Source: Octopus vulgaris
Lineage: Eukaryota
Direction: 5' to 3'
Length of the DNA stretch: 64,000 nt
Assembly: GCA_951406725.2 (NCBI GenBank)
Contig: OX597836.1
Location: 6,448,001-6,512,000, forward strand
The notes beneath the pieces were generated by a model. The model made no database searches, was not told the DNA's origin, and worked only from the letters and a program-made list of their open reading frames with translations. Position 1 is the first letter of the stretch. Every line of letters starts with the position of its first letter. This document shows, piece after piece, positions 53,484 through 64,000 of the stretch. The translations under genes were made by a program, and so were the position numbers.

Positions 53484-55131
53484 CTATTTTAACCAATCAA
53501 AAATAGAGAGAAAGAGAAAATTACGAGTCATGACAATTAACGACACGAATAGACATACATCGTCAGCAAATGCTGATGACTCTGATGAAGGAGCGTCTGG
53601 ATGGTCATTCAATATGCTAGAAATAACAGCCAAATCTCCATCAAACCCTACGCACACATAGAGGCTACCCCCACAAATTTAGTCGGCAAAATTCACTCAC
53701 AAGGCCCGGGGCTATCGTAGAAGACATTTGCCCAAGGTGCCACGCAGTGGGACTGAACTCAAAACTACGTAGTCACAAAACGAGCTTCTTAACGAAACAG
53801 CCGTGTCCGTATGTTTGCATTTGCAACCGACAGGGGGCTTCTTTGGTAACATTTAGTAAGGGAAGAAAGGGCAGAATCTATAACCGTTTATTAATTTCTT
53901 TTTTTTTTTTTTTTGTGGGGTGGGGAGGGCATTATTAGAGGAAGTTAAGCTTATGCTGATTCTTGTCCTGAATTTTAGAAACGAGTTGAAGTTTGCAGAG
54001 GGTTCCAAATGCTTGCAATGGAATATTTGCAAAGGGGTGTATTCCGATAAACTAGTCAATTTTATTGCAACCGAAAGGCGGCGAGCTGGCAGAAACGTTA
54101 GCACGCTGGGCAAAATGCGTAGCTGTATTTCGTCTGTCGTTACGTTCTGAGTTCAAATTCCGCCAAGGTCGACTTTGCCTTTCATCCTTTCGGGGTCGAT
54201 AAATTAAGTACCAGTTACGCACTGGGGTCGATGTAATCGACTTCATCCGTTTGTCTGTCCTTGTTTGTCCCCTCGGTGTTTAGCCCCTTGTGGGCAATAA
54301 AGAAATTAGAAACGATAGCACGCCGGGCAAAAATGCTTAGCGGTAGTTTGTCTGTCTTTACGTTCTTAGTTCAAATTTCGCCGAAGTCAACTTTGCCTTT
54401 CGGGGTCAATAAATTAAGTACCTGTTACACACTGGGGTATATCTAATCGACTGGCCTCCCCTCCCACAAAATTTCGGGCTTGTGCCTAGAGTAGAAAATA
54501 TTATTAGTTATACTTCCAATATGTATTTCAGAGGTGGAGGTCATACAATATTTTTATTGTTTTAAGGCGACGAGCTGTCAGAAACGTTAGCACGCTGAGC
54601 GAAATGCGTAGCCGTATTTCGTCTGCCGTTACGTTCTGAGTTCAAATTCTGCCGAGATCGACTTTGCCTTTCCTCCTTTCGGGTCGATAAATTAAGTACC
54701 AGTCACGCATATACAGTAATATACATATACAGTAATGTGTTAGAGATGGGAAGGACACATTTAAGAATTGACTAAATAACCACAGGTCCTCTTTTGGGAT
54801 CCAAAAGTGGTTCATTACTCTTTGGCTAACTACATATGTTGTTCAAAAGAGGAGGGACCACCATACACAATTGAAAGATTGAGTGGGAGATAACTCCATC
54901 TCGATAAGAAGGGGTTTTCTATTCGAAGTATTTCCTTTAAAAGCTGAATAAGCAGAGCAAGGGTACACACGGAGACAGAAAGTGTCGGCGAGGGGATCTC
55001 AGATGTGTGACGAAAGATTCCCGGACAATGGACAAGAGTTGGAATAAGAACAGAAATAAACGAGTGAAGAACGAATATACAGTGCGTGTGTTTATTTGGC
55101 AAAAACAAAATGACCGTCCCGAAATACAATA

Positions 55132-55176
<45 letters not shown>

Positions 55177-55569
55177 TTGTATATATACATATACACATAC
55201 ATATGTATTATACGTATGTACGTATTTATGTGTGTATGCATATATATAGGTATACACAAACACACACACACACACATATATATATATATGAACACACATA
55301 CACACGCACCACATGCACATACATACGCACACATGAAATGCACACACACACACACGCATACCGACAAACAGAAACACACTGACAATTTTGAATGAACCAA
55401 ATATGAAGAGTGCATTTTTCATAAAAACAACGAAATCCTAACAGCTTTGTACACCTTTTCTATTTAAAGTCTCTAACAGTATGATTCTACACGGATTTGG
55501 CTGCTATTTCTAGCATATAGAATGACCAGTTGAAGGCTCCCTCTTTGGCTTGTTGTTGCAGTATGCTGC

Positions 55570-55579
55570 GATGATGATA

Positions 55580-55614
<35 letters not shown>

Positions 55615-55618
55615 AATA

Positions 55619-55674
<56 letters not shown>

Positions 55675-55681
55675 TATAGTG

Positions 55682-55712
<31 letters not shown>

Positions 55713-55816
55713 TAATAATAATAATAATGATAATAATAATAATAATAATAATAATAATAGTAATAATAATAATAACAATAATAATAATAATAATAATAAT
55801 AATGATAATAATAATA

Positions 55817-55885
<69 letters not shown>

Positions 55886-55915
55886 GTAATAATAATAATA
55901 CTGATAATGATAATC
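55570..55915. repeat. (TAA)n microsatellite
   Basis: Read directly. Similar tracts at ~31950-32100 and ~35470-35610. Confidence 0.95.
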
Positions 55916-56315
55916 CTTTTTACTATAGGCACAAGACCTGAAATTTTGGGGGAGGGGGTAAGTCGATTACATCGACCCCAGTGTATCACTGGTACATAAT
56001 TTTGGGGGAGGCAGTAAATTAGATCGACCCCCAGTACGCAACTGGTACTTATTTTATCCACCCTGAAAATATTATGAAAGCAATGTCGACGACGGCGGAA
56101 TTCGAACTCAGAACGTAAAGACAGACGAAATAACGCTAACGTTTCTGCCAGCTCGCCGCCAACTAACTATCAATTATTACAATTATTATTATCATTGTTG
56201 GTGGTGGGGGGGGGGGCTGCGGCGGTGGTGGTGGTGGTGGTGGTGGTAGTGTTTTGGTTAATGCTGTTGCTGTTGTTGATGTTGTTTTAGGGGTTTTTAT
56301 TCTTGTTATCCCCTT

Positions 56316-56330
56316 CATCATCATCATAAC

Positions 56331-56366
<36 letters not shown>

Positions 56367-56390
56367 TATCATTACCATCATCACCACCAC

Positions 56391-56441
<51 letters not shown>

Positions 56442-56450
56442 TATCATTAC

Positions 56451-56507
<57 letters not shown>

Positions 56508-56528
56508 TATCATTACCATCATCACCAC

Positions 56529-56585
<57 letters not shown>

Positions 56586-56612
56586 TACCATCATCATTAC
56601 CATCATTATTAT
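56316..56612. repeat. (CAT)n microsatellite
   Basis: Read directly. Confidence 0.95.
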
Positions 56613-56894
56613 TATTGGTATCATCAATATACAAAATTTGATAAATAGTGCTAATATCAAAAATTAGGAGCATTTTAGAAAACATGCAAAAAGCTAATTA
56701 AGGTTAATAGAAACGCTCAAACATTTAATGGTTATTGCTATTATTATCATTATTGATGCTATTATTATTATCATCATCATCAAAATTATTATTATTGTTG
56801 TTGTTATTATGATTATTACATAATGCGTTGGACTGACAAAATCGGTAAAACATGAGACAACATCGCTGGATTCGTAGGGTCAAGAGGCACGTAC

Positions 56895-56958
56895 CCGCAT
56901 ATGCGACCACTAAGCAGAAGAGAGCAACGAGAAAAGACCTTCCACGCAACTACCTCAT
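56895..56958 (-). CDS. Candidate signal-peptide exon with in-frame TAG at codon 3
   Basis: MR*LRGRSFLVALFCLVVAYA then G|gtacgt. Phase 1 fits the cag acceptor at 53454, giving AYA-EIYDNP. Confidence 0.4.
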
Positions 56959-57650
56959 CCGAACAGCAAGACTACACATAGTAGTCCGGTCCACCCTTGG
57001 GGTACGACGTTCACCTGGAGCGTAGTTGTTCCCCCGCAGCCGGTCCAAGCGCTTCCAGACGGCTGCGAACGCGATATTGACCCCGTGCATGGGGTGTAAC
57101 CGGTAGCTGAAGCAAGGCCAGCACCAGTTTTTCTTCTGTCTAGCAGCTAGGGTAAAATGCTGAATGTTGGGACGAAGCAAAAACGATTAAGACAAAACAT
57201 TTTTCTCTTTCGATCAAGTATTGTCTACTTAATAGCTGTATAATCACAGTATCGTCCAGACTATCGGATGTTATTACACAACGCTGGTCACCATGTGCTT
57301 CACGTTACTTCAGCCTTCGAATGATGCCACCCCGCCGGTTAGGCGAGCAGGCCAACATTCCTCCCCGATCTGTCAAAGACCAACTCATTTGTAACTGAAT
57401 GAGCTGAAACAACGTGTAGTAAAGTGCTTTGCTGAAGAACAAACACAACGCGCCGTACGGTGGTCCGGGAATCGAACCCAATGATCTAGCGATCGCGAGC
57501 GCAATGTCCTAACTACAAGGCCACGCGCTTTCATGTATACTCAATACAAAAATAAATTCTTCCAAGTAAATATAAATCATGATCAGAACTGGTTTAGTAA
57601 TTCATGTAGCAAAACAGCCAAACATTAGATCAATAACCATAGCATTCTAC

Positions 57651-57681
<31 letters not shown>

Positions 57682-58142
57682 TGTATGTATGTATGTATGT
57701 ATGTATGTATGTATGTATGTATGTATGTATGTATATGTATCAGAGGCATTTGACTTCAGAAGCAAAGGCTTAAAGGTTTTATATAGAATATTGCAAAGTT
57801 TAAGAGACTTGCCAAAGATTCACATTCCGCATATGTATTTAAATCTAATACTGATAAAATGAATGTCCAAGATCAAAGGCTTAATAGAAATGCCCAACAT
57901 GCTTGTCCATTAAAAGGAAATATCGTCATTTGTCCTAAATAATTGACCTAAAGAAATGCACAAGATTTTTTTTTTTGGCCAAAATAGAATGTTTGCGCAA
58001 GTTAAGGTTAGAAGACACTGGTGCAGCAGAGAGGGCATCAGCGATAAAATACATCCCAAAGATATTGACCAATCAGAACTAGAATTATGGGACACCTGTT
58101 CCTTACGAAGCCACTTACCGAAGACTTTATTATTGCTTTTTG

Positions 58143-58302
58143 AGTGAGAGAGCCTCGCGTGCCATCAAAGTGACGCTGGGGTACAAATATACGAAGCCCG
58201 ATATATCCGTCATAACTACCCGTCTAATAAGGGTACACGAGGCACATGCATCACAACGATACCGTGATCTCATATCAAGACAAGCAGTACATGACCTTGC
58301 AA

Positions 58303-58383
<81 letters not shown>

Positions 58384-58560
58384 CATTATTGAATGAGAGA
58401 GCAGTGCATGCTATCAAAGTAATCCTGGGGTAAAATATACGAAGCCCGGTATACCCATCATGACTACCCATCTGATAATGGTATACCAGGCAGATACATC
58501 ACAACCATATGTACCCACCATGGTGACCTTTTATCAAGATAAACAACGCATGACATTGCA
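58143..58560. repeat. ~160-bp direct duplication separated by (TTA)n
   Basis: GAGAGAGC...ATCAAAGT...ATATACGAAGCCCG...CATGAC.TTGCA at ~58147 and ~58395. Confidence 0.75.
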
Positions 58561-58816
58561 GGTGGGGGGGGGGGGGCTAGTTAGAATTTTCTTCAGATCG
58601 TGTAGCCCATCTCGCCCAAAAGGCCCTTGTATAAGGGTTGTTTAAGGACGTTGAACGAAGTACCCATATTTCCAGAGGTGAATTATTCAAACCCCTAAAG
58701 TTGGTGCTCTAGCATGGCCGCAGTCAAACTACTGAAACAAATAAAAGAACACACACACACACACACACATACATATACATATATATACATATACATATAT
58801 ATACATATACACACAC

Positions 58817-58853
<37 letters not shown>

Positions 58854-59901
58854 TATATACATGCATATATATATATATATATAAATACACGGCGGGTTTC
58901 TTTCAGTTTCCGTCTTGGAAATCCACTCACAAAGCTTTGATTCGACCCGAGGTTTGAAACAAACTTCTTACCACGCACGTAACGCCTTTTACTTAACCTA
59001 AATACCTTCTAACTAATACTAACCTTAGCGTTAACTTTCTTCCCACAGTAAACCTAATCCTATTCTCATTCTTAAACCTAATGTTAAACCCACACAACTT
59101 TAGAAATCCAAAATATAATCGGCTTTGAACGAAATTCGGTGTCGTTATTTCGTACGGGAGATTCAAAAAAACGAAGTGCGCAATATAAACGATCTCCTGG
59201 GAAGGTTTGAGAAACAAAGAATAAAAGATAAGGAGGATGGGGAGGCGTAGGGGGTGAGGGTACAGAGATAATACTTGAGAGCGGGTTGTAGTAAAATAAT
59301 TTAAAAACAAAATGTTTTTAAGCGTTGGGGGTGGGGGAGGGCGAATAAAGTCTGACGTCGAAAATAATGTCCGTGCAATGTGTTTTTTTTTAGTTGTGCA
59401 TGCGAAACCAAAACAGAATAATGGAGGAAAAAATGTTAGAAGTTTTAACTGCAGAATAAAAATGGTATACTTACCAGATCTTAATACAGTCTCACACACA
59501 CACACTCACACACACACACACATACACACATACACACACTCACAAGAATATATATATATACATATATTTATATATATAAACATATATATATATACACACA
59601 TATATATAGGTATATATATATTTTTAATATATATTTCTTTACTACCCACAAGGGGCTAAACACAGAAAGGACAAACAAGGACAGACAAACGGATTAAGTC
59701 GATTACATCGATCCCAGTGCGTAACTGGTACTTAATTTATCGACCCCGAAAGGATGAAAGGCAAAGTCGGAATTTGAGCTCAGAACGTAACGGCAGACGA
59801 AATACGGCTACGCATTTCGCCCGGAGTGCTAACGTTTCTGCCAGCTCGCCGCCTTTCTGTACATATATTTTTAATATATGTACACACATGTGTATATATG
59901 A

Positions 59902-59941
<40 letters not shown>

Positions 59942-60211
59942 TCATGTAAACGTTCGTATGCTGTTTATACAGTCTTATACACACAGGCACGCGCACACAC
60001 ACACATATATAAGTATATATATATATATTTATATAAATTGACACACACATACGTGTATATTTATATATATATATATATATATATATTAATTAATAAGGGT
60101 GAGAGAATTAGATACTAATTTAATAGTATCCCGATTCAACACCAAGTGGCCCAGTGCACATAGAAACCTGGATTATTATAATATTTTATAATATATTATA
60201 ATATTTTATAC

Positions 60212-60456
<245 letters not shown>

Positions 60457-60997
60457 GTACGTATGTATGTATATATATATGCGTGTGTTTGTATATGCTC
60501 GTATATACATTTGCATCCTCATTCACACCAGACACAACTACTTAAAGAGAGAGACGAAATCATTTATTAGGTAAAGCATACATAAAAAGTTGTAATACGT
60601 ACGTATATATGTGACTGTAAGCGCATACATACATTCATACATCCATCTATACATATACATATATATCTGTATATAACACACGCGTGCACATGTATATAAA
60701 TGTGTGTGTGTATGTATGTATGTGTGTATGTATGTATGTATGTATGTATGTATGTATGTATGTATGTATGTATGTATGTATGTATGTGCATGTATGTATG
60801 TAGGTATGTATGTATGTATGTAGAGAGGAAAGAAAAATGGCAGCATCTTTTGTTCAAATTCAGTAAGAAATAAACTTTTCTTTCTAATTCTAACTTCCTT
60901 CATTTTCTTGCAAGTGATGACAAACAGTTAGACAAGGCATGGTTTCTCTATTCAAATGTAATACATAGATACATACATATATACATACATACATACA

Positions 60998-61029
<32 letters not shown>

Positions 61030-61325
61030 CATACACGCATACATACACGCATACATACATGCACATACGCACGCACACACACACATATATACATACATTC
61101 ATACATACATACATAAACATATACTCATACACGCGCACACACACACATGTATATGCATATATCATCTATTTATCTACGCATACATGTATATATATGCATA
61201 TATATATATATACATACATGTATATACATATATATACACACACACATATATATATATATACACACATATACATATATATGTATATATATCGAGTGAATAT
61301 ACGTATTATATGCATGTATATAATT

Positions 61326-61375
<50 letters not shown>

Positions 61376-62101
61376 TAAATATATACATACATACATACAT
61401 ACACACATACATACATACACACATACACACATATATACAAATGTACAATCATACGTATATGACAACCAAATCGTGGTCGAGGTCACGATGTCCATTTCAA
61501 TCATAAATATTCCCATTTACCCTTCATTGTTGATTAAGCCATTACAACCACCAGGTCGGCATTATTAGGTTTCAGATCATAAACCCACTGACCTTCGACA
61601 TCTCTCTATATCTCCACTGACAAAGGATGCGGGTGAGAAGAAAGACTTTAACCTGGAGGCATTATGGCATTATAACTAAACAAAGACTTTGGTACCATTT
61701 ACAAGAGAAAGCAAAGCTAAATATAAACAATATGTATGGATATAGATATTATTTTTCATGTTTTGCTTCCTTCAGTCATTAGACTGCGGCTATGCTGGGG
61801 CACCGCCTTGGATCTTTAGTGGAACGAATTTTTAAGCCTGGTACTTAATCTATCGGTCTATGTTGCCGAACCGCCAAATTACGGGTACGCAAACACACCT
61901 ATACCGGTTGTCAAGCGGTGGTAGGGAACAAACACAGACACAAACACAGACGCATATATATATATATATATATATATATACGACGAGCTTCTTTCAGACC
62001 CGAGGCTATGGTAGAAGACACTTGCCCAAGGTACCACGCAGAGAGACTGAGTCTTAGACTATGTGGCTAGGATGAAAGCTTCTTACAACATATATATGTG
62101 T

Positions 62102-62173
<72 letters not shown>

Positions 62174-62384
62174 TTATGAATGAGAAAAAGAAGAAAATGG
62201 AGAAATTGGCATATAAGACATCAAAGATATTCCAATCGATATAATATGGAATTCTTATTCCTACGGCTGTTTCCATAGCCAGTTGATTCAATTATAGCAA
62301 TTATATTAAATTAAGTAAATTTAAAATTTCCATATTGAACCTGGTTAATTGGGTGTTTCATCCGGGAAGAATATCCCGGAAAGG

Positions 62385-62436
<52 letters not shown>

Positions 62437-63241
62437 GTGTGTTGGGTGTATGTGTATGTTTGTGATTTTTTAAGGCGCTTTGCCTAATGGTTAGAGAGTT
62501 GCACCCCCGATTGCGAGATCGTGGGTTCGATTCCCAGACCGGGCGATGCGTTGTGTTCTTAAACAAACCACTTCATTTCACGTTGCTCCAGTCCACTCAG
62601 CTGTAAAACGGTAACCTTGCGATGAAAAGGCGGGGTGGGGGATGGATGGGGTATTGGCCTGCTCACCGTGGTGAGCAGAGGGGTGGCATCATTCGAAAGC
62701 TGAAACGATGCGAAGTGCATTGTGACCAGTGATGTACAACGACGACTAGCCGAGAGCCTTTCGGTTTCTTGTCTCCCAAATTCCTTCACAACGTTTTGGT
62801 TGAGTCGGATCTGTAGTAGAAGAGTCGTGCCCTAGGTGACATACAGTGGGACCGAACCCGGGAGCAAGCATCTAACCACACAACCACACCAGAACCTAGC
62901 CGATCCGATAATTCATACATAAATACATATACATCTCTGCTCCAGCATGGTCACAGTCAAATGACTGAAACAAGTAAAAGAACACACACACACACAAACA
63001 CACGCACATATATATATGTATACACACACACATATATACATACAAATGTATAAAAATATATATATATATATGTTTATGTAAGTAGGTGGTAGCGTTTAAA
63101 TGGTTATCACACACACACATGTACATACACAGACACAAACAAACACATACACATACTCGCACGCACCTGCTTCCGATGAAGTCTTTTGGCCAGCATGTAG
63201 GATGCAAAAGTGCGTGTGTGTATGTATATATATATATACAT

Positions 63242-63305
<64 letters not shown>

Positions 63306-64000
63306 GTATATGTATATGTATATTTATACATATAAATATCCCTATATATGCATATATATACCTATGCATACATATACACACACATATATATGTATACATA
63401 AATTTATACATATATATACATATACATTTCATGTAAATATATATATGTGTGTATGTGTGTATATAGATACATATATATGTGTGTGTGTGTGTGTATATCT
63501 ACATACATACATGTATACATACATAAATACATACATACATACATACATACATACATACATACATACATACACACACGTGCGGCATTGGAGAATTGAAGCT
63601 AATTTTGATGTAATTAGCTTAATGTTGACAAGTCGTATGTTTGGAAACTAAACAAATGAAATCCATCGTGTTGCTGGCGGAAGATGTGTGTGCGTTTGTT
63701 TACTTTCAACAGCGCAATCGCTATAAATAGGAGAGTAAATAATCACACAGACACACTCACACACACGTACACACACACACACACACACACATTTACACAT
63801 ATATACAAAAACATACATACATATATGTATATGTGAATACATACATATGTTAATATTCGTTTTTATGTCCAGTAATAATGAAGACGATTTTACATTAATC
63901 TAATGGGTCACCCTAAACTTTTGTAAAGTACAAATTAATTGTTCTTGTTCAAGATTAACATATATATATATTTACATATATGTATATATGCAAATGTATA

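Noticed and set aside
53582-53588. CTGATGA as a hammerhead core (also inside the Helitrons and CTGACGA at ~49513)
   Set aside because: No stem II followed by GAAA.

Overview
Eukaryotic, AT-rich, microsatellite-saturated genomic DNA. The SINE, LINE and Penelope-like repeat content suggests an octopus (coleoid cephalopod); this is an inference. The main feature is a minus-strand, intron-rich gene for a TGFBI/periostin-like fasciclin protein. Fourteen exons from 42605 to 27778 splice with GT-AG boundaries and consistent phases into 656 codons: a Cys-rich EMI-like segment (WWKGPNVC...CCPG...GCP) followed by four FAS1 domains. Upstream lie less certain exons, including a ~1.3 kb exon (52137-53483) with His/Gly-rich and GRRTDDxN repeats, and a signal-peptide-like exon (56895-56958) whose third codon is an in-frame TAG in a predicted short RNA duplex. 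The rest is repeats: three tRNA-derived SINE families, a 184-bp SINE-derived tandem array, three mariner relics (one a 5'/5' foldback), non-autonomous Helitrons, R4/Dong-like and RTE-like LINE fragments (one 5'-inverted with a TSD), Penelope-type minimal hammerhead ribozyme motifs, a chimeric pre-tRNA-Gln retrocopy and several long hairpins. Nearly all ORFs in the supplied track are microsatellite artefacts. All coordinates were read by eye; no searches or folding programs were run.
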